Counted from the stretch's first letter, positions 1 through 9,585 are shown. The stretch: DNA of 64,000 nucleotides from Nitrosopumilaceae archaeon (GCA_965207375.1 OZ242274.1:1024001-1088000), one strand, 5' to 3'. The notes: generated by a model not told the origin, from the letters alone. Program-made: numbers and translations.

Positions 1-758
1 AGGGATAAGTCATTAATTTCCTTTTGAGTTATTTTAGAAAAGCATGTATTATGTTTTTTAGGAGAAATGCAAAACTCGTAAGGATACGAAGGGGCCCAAG
101 GTGTAAATGCTATAAATCCTTCAGTTTGAAGTATTTGTCTGGGTCCGCCTATTTCTTCATTGACTGTCTGACACATGGGACACACGCCTTTCTCATTAAG
201 GATTTTATGCGATGCCTCTGCCTCTTCTTCAATAACCGGCGGGATGGTAGAGAAGGTGACAATATTTAGATGTGGGTGAGAATTAAAGCTGCCTGCCTGC
301 TTGCCGTGGTCTGCATAAATTGAGACATACGTTACACCTTTTTGCGTATAAAGCCATCGTAATCTGTCTTGGACTACGACTAGAATGTTTGACCATTGCT
401 CCATGTCTAGTATTGCAAAATTATCTTTTTCGTTGGGTGATGCAACAACTACATAATGATATCCATAAGCGGGTTCGCTATAATGCGGCCTTTCACTGTA
501 GGTGTTTTCAGAATTAACTGATACAACAGGAATCTTGCTCTCAAAAACCCTGATTGACCAGCCCTTAACATAATCGTCCTCACTATCTTGCAATCTTTGT
601 AGCATGCCATCTTTTGCCACTAGTGACAAAACCGAAAGATTTGTCTTGGATTCGTGCCCTGGTGCATATGGTGATTTTTTTGCATCCTTGATTATTTTAT
701 CAGTAGAGTTGACAATCATGAATCTTTCAGAGACATAGTCCTTTCTCATATCTCCCAT
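1..758 (-). CDS. galT: Galactose-1-phosphate uridylyltransferase (HIT superfamily), 3' end outside window
   Basis: Manual translation from ATG 758: MGDMRKDYVSERF...YADHGKQAGSFNSHPHLNIV...CPMC...FIAFTPWAPSYPYE; HxH motif; absent from ORF track because truncated. Confidence 0.8.
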   Translation of the reverse strand, partial: MGDMRKDYVSERFMIVNSTDKIIKDAKKSPYAPGHESKTNLSVLSLVAKDGMLQRLQDSEDDYVKGWSIRVFESKIPVVSVNSENTYSERPHYSEPAYGYHYVVVASPNEKDNFAILDMEQWSNILVVVQDRLRWLYTQKGVTYVSIYADHGKQAGSFNSHPHLNIVTFSTIPPVIEEEAEASHKILNEKGVCPMCQTVNEEIGGPRQILQTEGFIAFTPWAPSYPYEFCISPKKHNTCFSKITQKEINDLS

Positions 759-1033
759 GGTGTTTTTTCAATTTTTGTGCGTTAAAACGTTTACTTTACA
801 GTTTTCTTATGCTGCAAAAACTGTATCTTTTTCTCATCTACTGCCAAACATTTCTGTTGATATTCTTTGTTTTTAAAAAACACCAAAAATGCCAAGTTCA
901 ATCAATTAGGCAATATGTTGTCATGCCAAAAACTGACATGTTTTTCGATCGCAATTGCAAATGAAACTTTAAAGCATCAATTATTTGAGAACATACAGGG
1001 TAGATCAAAATTTCTGATAATTCAAAGATTCAC

Positions 1034-2299
1034 ATGGTTTATGTTCTATTAGACGGCGTAGGTGACCTGCCACATCCTGATTTGGAGGGAAAAACACCCC
1101 TTGAGGCTGCAAATACCCCCATTATGGATGCACTTGCACAAAATGGAGCACAGGGAGAGGTCATATCTGTTGGAAAGGGAATAGCACCAGAATCTGATAT
1201 TGCAGTCTTTAACATGTTGGGATACAAATTTGCACATGCAGATTATGTTGGCAGGGGTGTAATAGAGGCAATTGGAATAGGGGTGGATTTTAAAAATGGG
1301 GATTTGGCGTTGCGTGGAAATTATGCAACACTTGATGATCAGGGAATCATAATAGACAGAAGGGCAGGGCGACACATTGAAAAACAAGATGCTGAGGAAA
1401 TCGCAAAAGAAATAGAGAACAAAATAAGATTTTCACACCCTAGTACATCTGTAGTCATTGCACCAACGATAGGCCACAGAGTCACAGTACGAATTAGATC
1501 TGAGAATAACAGTTTATCATCAAAAATAACCAATACGGATCCTGCTTATAGCAACATAGGGGGGATGGGAGTTGCAAAAGCCGTGGGAGATTTTTTAAAA
1601 ATTGAAAAATGTTTGCCATTAGAGGAGGGAGATCAGGCCAGACTTGCCTCTGATTTGGTAAATGAATTTAATACACAGTCGATCAAAATTATGCAAGACA
1701 GCCAAATAAATAAAAAACGAAAGGAGGACTCGAAAAAATTACTTGGCTGTATTCTGTTAAGAGACGCAGGAAACAGGTATCCTGATGTGGTACCAATTAA
1801 TGAAAAATATTTGATGAATTTTTCGTGCATTGTGGATATGCCTGTAGAACTAGGTATATCGCAAGTGTTGCAAATGAAGGCATTTGAGGCGGGGGGACTG
1901 ACTGATTATGAACAAAAAGCAAAGATTGCAGCCAAAGCAATGGATACCCAAAATGCAATATATGTACATCTCAAGGGACCTGATGAATTTGGTCATGATG
2001 GCGATGCAATAGGTAAAAAAAACAATATTGAAGAAATCGACAAAAGGTTTTTCAAAACGCTACTAGACAACATTGATACAAGCAAGGTGGCAGTAGTTAT
2101 TTCAGCAGATCATTCTACTCCGTGTATTAACAAAGGACACAGTGATGACCCTGTCCCCGTGCTAGTTTCAGGAGACATGATTCACAAAGACGACACCGTA
2201 CGAGTAACAGAGTCTGAGGCAAAGAAGGGAAGTATAGGACTATTGCAAGGCGCACAGGTGGTTCAAACTGCTTTGGATCTGATTAAAACCTCCAATTAA
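1034..2299 (+). CDS. apgM: 2,3-bisphosphoglycerate-independent phosphoglycerate mutase, archaeal type
   Basis: LDGVGD, KTPLEAA, PESD, HLKGPDEFGHDG and SADHSTP motifs. Confidence 0.95.
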   Translation: MVYVLLDGVGDLPHPDLEGKTPLEAANTPIMDALAQNGAQGEVISVGKGIAPESDIAVFNMLGYKFAHADYVGRGVIEAIGIGVDFKNGDLALRGNYATLDDQGIIIDRRAGRHIEKQDAEEIAKEIENKIRFSHPSTSVVIAPTIGHRVTVRIRSENNSLSSKITNTDPAYSNIGGMGVAKAVGDFLKIEKCLPLEEGDQARLASDLVNEFNTQSIKIMQDSQINKKRKEDSKKLLGCILLRDAGNRYPDVVPINEKYLMNFSCIVDMPVELGISQVLQMKAFEAGGLTDYEQKAKIAAKAMDTQNAIYVHLKGPDEFGHDGDAIGKKNNIEEIDKRFFKTLLDNIDTSKVAVVISADHSTPCINKGHSDDPVPVLVSGDMIHKDDTVRVTESEAKKGSIGLLQGAQVVQTALDLIKTSN

Positions 2300-2700
2300 G
2301 AAAAATTTGGCTTGGCTGTTGGAGTGGACCTCATAAAATGATAGTAAGTGTTAATGTCACACTTGAATTTTTATTCTATCTTTTGACAGCAAAGTAATTT
2401 CGTGCCTAAAATTATTATAAATTCAAAACAACGTTAACAGATACAAATGATTTTTTTTACCCTATAATTCATACGGTAGGCTTTGCCTTTATTTGGATGC
2501 CAAACTTGGCAGCTGTAAGTTATCTTGTGGTTATGTGAATTTTTACTGTATCATGATTTTCAAAGGCTTCTAGGACAGATTCTGCATCGTGTCTATGTTG
2601 GTCTTGATTGACTCTACGTTCTGTGTCCATTTTGGTTTTGAAGTAAACTTGCTTTTTATCCTGGTTCTCTCTACAGTATTGATTTTAAAGGAGTATGAAT

Positions 2701-2837
2701 GCCAAGCGTTATACTTGTAGATGGGTTCGCACCACTCTCACAGAGGTCGCTCCATCGCCGTAACTACGCGGGAGTGATTATCATAATGTGGATCCTGATG
2801 CTACAGGTATGTTGCCTGCTAGAAAGCAGGTTAGGTT
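2701..2837 (+). ncRNA. Candidate structured non-coding RNA, family unknown
   Basis: Nested helices with G-U pairs valid on the + strand: 2711-2720/2801-2810, 2723-2731/2787-2795, 2746-2754 region or 2733-2739 pairing with 2770-2779; then hairpin GCCTGCT-AGAA-AGCAGGT; upstream TTTTAAA. Confidence 0.45.
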
Positions 2838-2917
2838 ATCAAAAAATTTCCCTCGTTTCTGATTCAAGATTTATGATCACATGTGTCTAGCGTTGATTTT
2901 AACTTTTTTTGTATGAA

Positions 2918-3478
2918 CTAAACCTCAAATCTGACTAGTTTTTTGTCATGCTTCATTTTGGCTACTCTGTATTTGATGCTATCGATGTTGATTCCGTGAT
3001 ATGAACCTGTGCTGTTACCAATTTTTTCTTCGACTCGGTCTAGCATGCCCAAACCAATCGTGACATCGTTTTTTTGACAATGTGCAAATGATACTGCCAA
3101 CAAGATGAGTCCCTGCACCAGGATTTTTTCTGATCCCTTGCATTTTTTCCAGACGCCCTCCCATGCTTCGTGTGCCTCCCAGTATCGTTCATGATTGAAA
3201 TAAAAGATTCCGTCTCTGATGCCGTCATCCTTTGAGGTGTCTTCTTCTACTACATGTCGTGCGTTGTCTAGTTTTCCAATAGGTTCTAGGCAAGCAACTA
3301 TGGCATCAAAATTATCTTTATCTACGGACACATCAAGTTCTACAAACTTGCTTGCTATTCTACATACGCGAATAGAGGCAATAACTCCTTTGCATAGTTC
3401 TCTGGCCTTGTGTACCACGTCGCGAGAGTTATGCGGCAGGTATTGCTCATTTTCCAAATGCAACATGTATCGTTCCAT
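2918..3478 (-). CDS. DUF309 domain protein
   Basis: FNHERYWEAHEAWEGVWK...QGLILLAV signature. Confidence 0.85.
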   Translation of the reverse strand: MERYMLHLENEQYLPHNSRDVVHKARELCKGVIASIRVCRIASKFVELDVSVDKDNFDAIVACLEPIGKLDNARHVVEEDTSKDDGIRDGIFYFNHERYWEAHEAWEGVWKKCKGSEKILVQGLILLAVSFAHCQKNDVTIGLGMLDRVEEKIGNSTGSYHGINIDSIKYRVAKMKHDKKLVRFEV

Positions 3479-3560
3479 AAAAATTCCAAGATCCTATTTC
3501 TTAAATTTCTTATTGACATCAATCAAGATTTATATGCACTATGGCAAGGATTTTGGATAC

Positions 3561-3953
3561 ATGTCTGTGATCAATGCAGTAAGTGATGTAAATAATACGT
3601 TCCTGTCAAGACGGGAGATTATATGTAATTTTGCAGGTCTTGGTGGAAAGCTCAAAAAATTAGATGCAATAGATATGATAACTAGGGAGTTTAAACTAGA
3701 TGGCAAAATCGTCATTCCGATTAACATGACATCTCATGTTGGAAAGCCATTGATGTCAGGTACCTTTTATATTTACGATGATGAAGTGCTTGCAAGAAAG
3801 CAGGTAAATCCAACAATATTTGCCAGACTAGAAAAGGCAAAAAAGAAGTTAGATGAGGAACAAGCTGCACAAACAGAAGATAAACCCACACAAACAGAAG
3901 ATACGCCAGATGCCAAAACAGATGCACCTGCACAAGGGGAGAAATCTGAATAA
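3561..3953 (+). CDS. rps24e: 30S ribosomal protein S24e
   Basis: NTFLSRREI...SGTFYIYDDE; likely start ATG 3561; coupled to rps27ae. Confidence 0.9.
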   Translation: MSVINAVSDVNNTFLSRREIICNFAGLGGKLKKLDAIDMITREFKLDGKIVIPINMTSHVGKPLMSGTFYIYDDEVLARKQVNPTIFARLEKAKKKLDEEQAAQTEDKPTQTEDTPDAKTDAPAQGEKSE

Positions 3954-4126
3954 TGTCTAGAAAAAAAGGCTCTAGTCCCAAAATCTCTAGTTATTATGCA
4001 ATAGACGGCGAGAAGGTAACTAAAACAAAAAGAATCTGTTCAAGATGTGGAAAAGGAGTTTTCATGTCCGAACACAAAGACAGACATACCTGTGGAAAGT
4101 GCGGACTTACAGAATTTAATCAGTAA
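3953..4126 (+). CDS. rps27ae: 30S ribosomal protein S27ae (eS31)
   Basis: 57 aa manual translation: ...KRICSRCGKGVFMSEHKDRHTCGKCGLTEFNQ; TAATG overlap with rps24e. Confidence 0.95.
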   Translation: MSRKKGSSPKISSYYAIDGEKVTKTKRICSRCGKGVFMSEHKDRHTCGKCGLTEFNQ

Positions 4127-4827
4127 AGTTTCTTTTTACGTATTTTAGTACTCTTTGACTCTAACTGGTTAATTTTTTCAACAAATTTTGGATCCAGTTT
4201 AATCTTGGACATGGATTCGGCTGAAATTTTTACTGTGTTGGTATCCAAAGCTATGTTGTTTTTGGGAAGCTTGGTGTCGATCCAATTTTTTACAATCTTG
4301 TCCTCCAACCTGTAATCGCGAAATCCTGCAGGAAATTTTTTTGTAATGTGTGACAACAGTGTCCTGTCATTAAAAACTGCCTTTGGTTCAAACAATCTGG
4401 TCTCGTCTGCATATATATTTTCAAATAGATTTCCAGAAATCTCGTCTGAGAGAACCTCCATCTTTGAAACCTTCCGTATGAGCTCCAAATAGTGTAAAAA
4501 TTCGTGGGCCAAAATGGCATGAATGGTTCCTTTGAGTCCGTATGCTACCAATGGTGCAGAAATCTGAATAACCACCTGCAAATTCTCCTCATGAATCAAT
4601 GGAATAGTGCGCGCAAACAAAATCCCATATTGATACGAGCTAGGATCTGATGCTGTTACGGTGATACTGGGTTCAACGTAGGCAATGGGAAATCTGATTC
4701 CTGATGCCTTTTCAATACGATTTATTCCAGAAACAGTAATTGGGAATCGTTTCTTGATTAACGAGTATACTTTTTCGGGTATGCTGTGTTGTTTGTATGC
4801 CTCTTTAACCTTAATCAGTGGATCCAT
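4120..4827 (-). CDS. Hypothetical protein with HExxH (zincin-like) motif
   Basis: 235-aa ORF, ILAHEFLHY. Confidence 0.8.
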   Translation of the reverse strand: MDPLIKVKEAYKQHSIPEKVYSLIKKRFPITVSGINRIEKASGIRFPIAYVEPSITVTASDPSSYQYGILFARTIPLIHEENLQVVIQISAPLVAYGLKGTIHAILAHEFLHYLELIRKVSKMEVLSDEISGNLFENIYADETRLFEPKAVFNDRTLLSHITKKFPAGFRDYRLEDKIVKNWIDTKLPKNNIALDTNTVKISAESMSKIKLDPKFVEKINQLESKSTKIRKKKLY

Positions 4828-4865
4828 AGAATCAACTCAAGTTAGCAACTAGTAAAATTAAACCA

Positions 4866-4967
4866 TTATCTAGAGCGAGCCTTACCTGACTTTGATTTTT
4901 TACTCTTTCGTCTTTTTTCACGCTGATCTGCCCACCGTTCATGTTTGCCTGTTTTTCTTATTGGCAT
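4866..4967 (-). CDS. Very basic 33-aa microprotein
   Basis: MPIRKTGKHERWADQREKRRKSKKSKSGKARSR*; intact ATG-TAA frame co-oriented with the downstream gene. Confidence 0.55.
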   Translation of the reverse strand: MPIRKTGKHERWADQREKRRKSKKSKSGKARSR

Positions 4968-5172
4968 GATAAATCACTATTCTGTAGGACTAGTTAATTG
5001 TTACCATTATTTGGAACTAAAGTTAACGGGATCTGGGTGAATCTCAACCTATTGCTATTATGGTATCCTTTGTCATCTTAGTTGTTTATTCTTAAACTCA
5101 TTTTGTATGTCATTCTCTTTTCCTCCTAGGTCAGGGCAGGTCTGTCAAACTTGTCATCAAAATCAAAAATCT

Positions 5173-5840
5173 GTAACTGTTTTGCTTTTTGAAGCTCTCT
5201 CAAATGGTCATGCGCAACATTCCCTATCATTTGCAATTTGTTATTCCTTAGGATATAATACAGAAATAAAATAATGCTATCGGGCGCTACTAGGAATTTC
5301 TTAGAATATCATAAAAGATGGTATCTTGAATCTTGCTAATATGGTAAACAGTATGGAATTGGTCTCCATGTCTGTAGCAGAACGGTTCCCGCCTCCATCG
5401 TACCGTATCGATACAAAACGCCGGTTCATTATCTCCACTCTGTTATTGTCAGGTTCTGCCCCCTCCATTGTCCGAAACGTAGTATACCCTTCCTTCTCCA
5501 TCTCTTTTGGAATCTGCGTATCGTATCGTGCTTGTCATCGGTCCACTCTGCGTTCATAATCTGATGTATTTGACTGTCAAGACAGTTGATTGACACCTTT
5601 TTTGAGTGCGTGTCTGTTACCTTGTCTGCAAAATAGTGTTGCTTGCATAGATGCACAAGTTCGTTTAGAAATTTCAGCACGTCTCACTTGAGATTGCCGT
5701 ATTTAATCTCCTTTTTTGGCAGCCGAAGAATGCATATTTTAGATAGGATGTGACAGAAATTAGATCAGCAGGTACAAATTTCTTGGCAAACAAATGGGGG
5801 CATGTAACTAGGCTGAAGCGTCAAAAAGCGAAACAATTAT
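5173..5840 (-). mobile_element. Internally deleted IS66-family element
   Basis: Ends GTAACTGTTTTGCTTTTTGA and TCAAAAAGCGAAACAATTAT form an imperfect TIR; internal fragment EPDNNRVE...GGGNRS...NSILFTI resembles an IS66 transposase C-terminus; homologous to 49042-49288. Confidence 0.8.
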
Positions 5841-5959
5841 GAAAACATCTTCTTGATTTTGAATCCCATGGATAATCTGACTATATTCACAAACTTTTGA
5901 ATACGCTCATCTAAGAACTGCATAATTTGAAAACAGTTCTGTTGTGTCTGTTATAGGAA

Positions 5960-6169
5960 TTATTTTTCTAATTTATCTAGGGGTGTATCAAGTCTACCCT
6001 TCCATCCAAAAGAGCATTGGTTACAAAACCATTTATCTTGAAATGGTGATACCATGCAACCACCCATAATAGTTCTCCCATCTTCTAGTTCCTTGGAGGG
6101 AATTATGTAACCATATAATATCTTTGCAACAGAGTTGCTGCCACATTTGGGACACTTGCGTCTGCCCAT
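5960..6169 (-). CDS. Small zinc-ribbon protein
   Basis: CPKC...GGC...WFCNQC. Confidence 0.65.
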   Translation of the reverse strand: MGRRKCPKCGSNSVAKILYGYIIPSKELEDGRTIMGGCMVSPFQDKWFCNQCSFGWKGRLDTPLDKLEK

Positions 6170-6302
6170 GTGAACTGTTCAATATTTTGTAAAATATAAT
6201 ATTTGATAGTAAATATTTTTGATGTATTACTAGGGGAGCACGATTCTTACCTTTTTTGGAAATGATTTCTGTATTTTTGCCACTTTTGATATATTCTACG
6301 AC

Positions 6303-6644
6303 ATCTCTTCTTTTTGTCTTTACAAATCTACCATTTGATTTGCTAGTTTTACCATTTTTAATCCAAGTCGACATTGCTAATACTGATATCGCTAAAATCA
6401 AATTGCACACAGGTACAATTTACACCTAAAATGGCAGAAACGTTGGGCTCTATACCTCAGCCTTCGACTAGTTTTTTTATGGGAACACCGCCATCAGTAA
6501 ACAGTAGTGCAACTCTGCCTAAGCTAGTGAAAAGGGTGATGAATTTCGTGCCTGAAATTTGGACTGTGCTACTATCTAACCATCCTCTACTATATTTAAG
6601 GTAAAAGAGTCAGGACCAGTCTTTGCATAAGATACAAAATGAAT
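6303..6644 (-). repeat. Displaced duplicate of the pus10 3' end (253-bp direct repeat of 8349-8601) with an 89-bp insertion
   Basis: Direct comparison: identical apart from 4 substitutions and the insertion at 6498-6586. Confidence 0.95.
6498..6586. mobile_element. 89-bp insertion, probable degenerate MITE
   Basis: Absent from the 8349-8601 copy; imperfect inverted ends TAAACAGTAGTGCA / TGTGCTACTATCTA; flanking 8-mers GCCATCAG / ACCATCCT (5/8) may be a decayed TSD. Confidence 0.5.
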
Positions 6645-6927
6645 AATCAATCTAGTAGGTTAGGTGTGAATTTGAACGGATTAAGTTGTACCACCTGCCC
6701 ATTATTGCAAATTTATTAGTAACCGGTTTCTAGAAACTATAACTTTGATTGGAGTCAGGTTATGTTCTTGTGATTGTTTTGTAAATTCAAATATTGTAAT
6801 ACATTCATCTGACATGTCTATATGTTGCATGTATTTCAAACCCGTGTTGTTTTGCGATAATTATACCACACTGGACATCTCAAATCTAAAAGTACGTTTA
6901 TAATGATAAAATTAGATTTATTGCTAC

Positions 6928-7230
6928 GTGAGAAATAAATTGACTAAACCAAAAAATCAATTACGTAATGCATTTGTGTTAATTCGTTGTACTAAGAAAA
7001 GTCACAAGAATTGCAAACCTGTTCGTAATGCGTTGATGAATAACTTCAACAACGTATTACAATCATATACCACAAATGCAGTTGTGGAGGATATTGAGTA
7101 CTGTGTTGCAGGAAAGGCACTGATAAAGGATTCAGAGATTAATAAATTTGAGAAAAATCTCAAGAGCCTAAAAACGGATTCCTCAAATCCCATCGGTGTG
7201 GCAGAACTAAAACTGTTAATTTCAAATTAA
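6928..7230 (+). CDS. Small protein, possibly Lrp/AsnC ligand-binding-like fold
   Basis: 100-aa ORF; NAFVLIRC resembles GYVLINC of the AsnC-type ORF at 56438. Confidence 0.6.
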   Translation: MRNKLTKPKNQLRNAFVLIRCTKKSHKNCKPVRNALMNNFNNVLQSYTTNAVVEDIEYCVAGKALIKDSEINKFEKNLKSLKTDSSNPIGVAELKLLISN

Positions 7231-7249
7231 TCTAATCGATCTGTTACAT

Positions 7250-8212
7250 ATGGATATATTTCTAAAGACATCTGAAAAACACCAATCAAATGTCATAAAT
7301 CAAATCAATAAAAGAAAAACTACATATGCCAACATTGAAAAAATAAACCGTCATACAGACAAAAAAGGCAATTATTATATCCTAATTTGTCACAAGAAAT
7401 TACTGGTATCACATACGGAAAAAATCAAGATCAAAAAATCCTATGAAAAACTAGAACACGTCAGCGATGTTTCCATAATCCAAACAAATCCAGACAATTT
7501 TATGAAAAATTACAAAAATAGGGATTGTAGGTTCATTTTTGACATTGATAGTACATTGACTCCAGGGGAACCGGGTATCCTATCTAGGGAATCAAGATCC
7601 GTTTTAGAAGAATTACGTTCATCAGGTCACTGGATTCATTTTGCTACAGGTCGCAGTGATGGTGATTTATATGATCTTATTTCAGAATGCAATACTGAAC
7701 CACAAGGTATTGCAGAGAATGGTGGTTTGCTAGTATTAAGTAAAACAAATATTCAAGAGATGGGTAGTAGGAAGGAACCAGACATGGCATACCAGTATCT
7801 GAAAAAGAAATTCAAACGACGTTTAATTCAAGATATCAAACAGGGCTCACGGATAACCGAACGCATAATCAAAAAGAATTTGACACGGAGTGAAGTTGAT
7901 TTATGTACTAAAAAATACAGCGTTAAAGTGCTATCTAGTAAGAATTCATATCATATAGTTGATAAGCATGTTAACAAAGGAATAGCTCTTCGAAAACTGA
8001 GCAATATGCGACATTGGGACAAAGATTTAATCATATCTGTAGGGGATAGTGATCTAGATGTACCAATGTTTCAAGAATCCAACTTCAGTTTTGCCGTGTC
8101 CAACGCATCTAAACTGGCAAAAAAACATGCATCTGTTGTGCTAGATAACAGTTACGTCGAGGGTGTGCAAGAAATGTTTCGTACCTGGTTTATGTTTTCT
8201 AAATTACAGTAA
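7250..8212 (+). CDS. HAD-IIB (Cof/phosphoglycolate phosphatase-like) hydrolase with extra ~90-aa N-terminal domain
   Basis: DIDSTLT, ATGR, ENGG, NKGIAL, VGDSDLD motifs. Confidence 0.85.
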   Translation: MDIFLKTSEKHQSNVINQINKRKTTYANIEKINRHTDKKGNYYILICHKKLLVSHTEKIKIKKSYEKLEHVSDVSIIQTNPDNFMKNYKNRDCRFIFDIDSTLTPGEPGILSRESRSVLEELRSSGHWIHFATGRSDGDLYDLISECNTEPQGIAENGGLLVLSKTNIQEMGSRKEPDMAYQYLKKKFKRRLIQDIKQGSRITERIIKKNLTRSEVDLCTKKYSVKVLSSKNSYHIVDKHVNKGIALRKLSNMRHWDKDLIISVGDSDLDVPMFQESNFSFAVSNASKLAKKHASVVLDNSYVEGVQEMFRTWFMFSKLQ

Positions 8213-8403
8213 TTGTCTAGATGGTTAGATAAAACGTTAACTTTGCATAAGATCATGATAGTAAAAATCTGATAGCATGATTCCGTCATTGCAAAAAGAT
8301 ATTTTTGCTACCCCTTGTTGAAATAAATTCCTCACCTGTACAGAACCTATCTCTTCTTTTTGTCTTTACAAATCTACCATTTGATTTGCTAGTTTTACCA
8401 TTT

Positions 8404-9585
8404 TTAATCCAAGTCGACATTGCTAATACTGATATCGCTAAAATCAAATTGCACACAGGTACAATTTACACCTAAAATGGCAGAAACGTTGGGTTCTATA
8501 CCTTCGCCTTCGACTAGTTTTTTTATGGGAACGCCGCCATCAGCTACTATATTTAAGGTAAAAGAGTCAGGACCAGTCTTTGCATAAGATACAAAATGAA
8601 TCACTCGTTTTGTAGTCTTTGAACCATCTGATATTGTAATTGGGTTTTTTACCAACAGTTTTAATCTTGATAATGACTTTATTTTGGAATTGGCATGAAC
8701 CTGTATTGATATCGTGGACTGAAATCTAATGGGCACTGTAGGTATCTGCCCAATTTTGCGCAATCCAAAAAGAGTAACAGGACCTAGTCTGATTTGTTTT
8801 TTAACGCCTGAATTTCTTTTTTTGGGATTGACAAGCTTGGCAAAAAACAATCTGCCAGAGCCAGAAACCAGACTGTCTTTATCCTCGCCTCCTATCCATG
8901 TGAATTTTGCCTGAATGCAATCGTAATGTTTGTAAAAATACTGTGCAATTATGCCCTCTATACTGTTGAATTTGACAATGCCGCAATTATTGCAAAAGAT
9001 GCACCCTCGGCCACTACAATCAGGACACGGTTTTTGTTTCTGTGGCAGACCTCGTGTGTTTTTGATATATCTTCCAAAAACAATCAGGGATTTGAGGCGC
9101 AGCTTGCATGTATCAATTCTAAAGTTTACCAAAAATGTAATGTCTGGGTCGTGGGGCTCTGGTATTTTTTGGGATTTTTTAGCAAATGATTTTGTAATGT
9201 GTCTTGTAATCTCGGTTTTAACACTATCAATTCCGCGAGTTTTGAATTTTGAGCGAATAAAATCATCTCTGTCCATAAAAGACGGCTTTAGTATTGCACC
9301 GACCAAAAAAGATGAATATGCCGTATTTTTTGATATGTCAAGCAGCCTTTCAACATAAGGATCTAGGTGATCAAGTAGATTTTTACAAATGTAGCATTTT
9401 TCATCTTTTTTATAGTTAATCTGGAATTTGATTTTTTTACCTAGCAGTTTAGCAGAGATTAGATGCAGTTTTTTCACATATAGTCTTCCAAGACAGGAAT
9501 CACACAGAGAAAACTCTTTTAGAATTTTACGAGACTCTTGCAGTATGACGTCATAGGCAGGTTTTTGGTTCAATGTTGTTTGCAA
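8404..9585 (-). CDS. pus10: tRNA pseudouridine(54/55) synthase Pus10
   Basis: LCDSCLGR, CYIC, GRYIKNTRGLPQ, GGEDKD (catalytic Asp), ADGGVPIKKLV; start approximate (TTG). Confidence 0.85.
   Translation of the reverse strand: MQTTLNQKPAYDVILQESRKILKEFSLCDSCLGRLYVKKLHLISAKLLGKKIKFQINYKKDEKCYICKNLLDHLDPYVERLLDISKNTAYSSFLVGAILKPSFMDRDDFIRSKFKTRGIDSVKTEITRHITKSFAKKSQKIPEPHDPDITFLVNFRIDTCKLRLKSLIVFGRYIKNTRGLPQKQKPCPDCSGRGCIFCNNCGIVKFNSIEGIIAQYFYKHYDCIQAKFTWIGGEDKDSLVSGSGRLFFAKLVNPKKRNSGVKKQIRLGPVTLFGLRKIGQIPTVPIRFQSTISIQVHANSKIKSLSRLKLLVKNPITISDGSKTTKRVIHFVSYAKTGPDSFTLNIVADGGVPIKKLVEGEGIEPNVSAILGVNCTCVQFDFSDISISNVDLD

Noticed and set aside
2396-2413. Recurring CGTGCCTA motif (also ~6547, 18739, 20401, 32869, 38144)
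   Set aside because: Short; two hits belong to one TIR pair and one lies in coding sequence; enrichment cannot be shown without a genome-wide count
2794-2832. Hammerhead ribozyme (CTGATG...GAAA) or 5S rRNA
   Set aside because: The core reads CUGAUGC rather than CUGANGA, there is no stem III/NUH, and 5S conserved loops and topology are absent
3219-3560. N-terminal extension of S24e in the ORF track
   Set aside because: It is the antisense of DUF309; S24e similarity starts at 3561
5120-5165. Additional C/D sRNAs here and at ~20995-21058 (shared TGATGACAAGTTTG on the - strand)
   Set aside because: Only one convincing C/D pair each, no terminal stem and no assignable target
6498-6586. Bulge-helix-bulge mRNA intron in pus10
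   Set aside because: No BHB could be drawn at the junctions, and the insert lies in the non-functional partial copy
6303-8601. DGR template/variable repeat pair
   Set aside because: Only 4 substitutions, not adenine-specific, and no reverse transcriptase in the window
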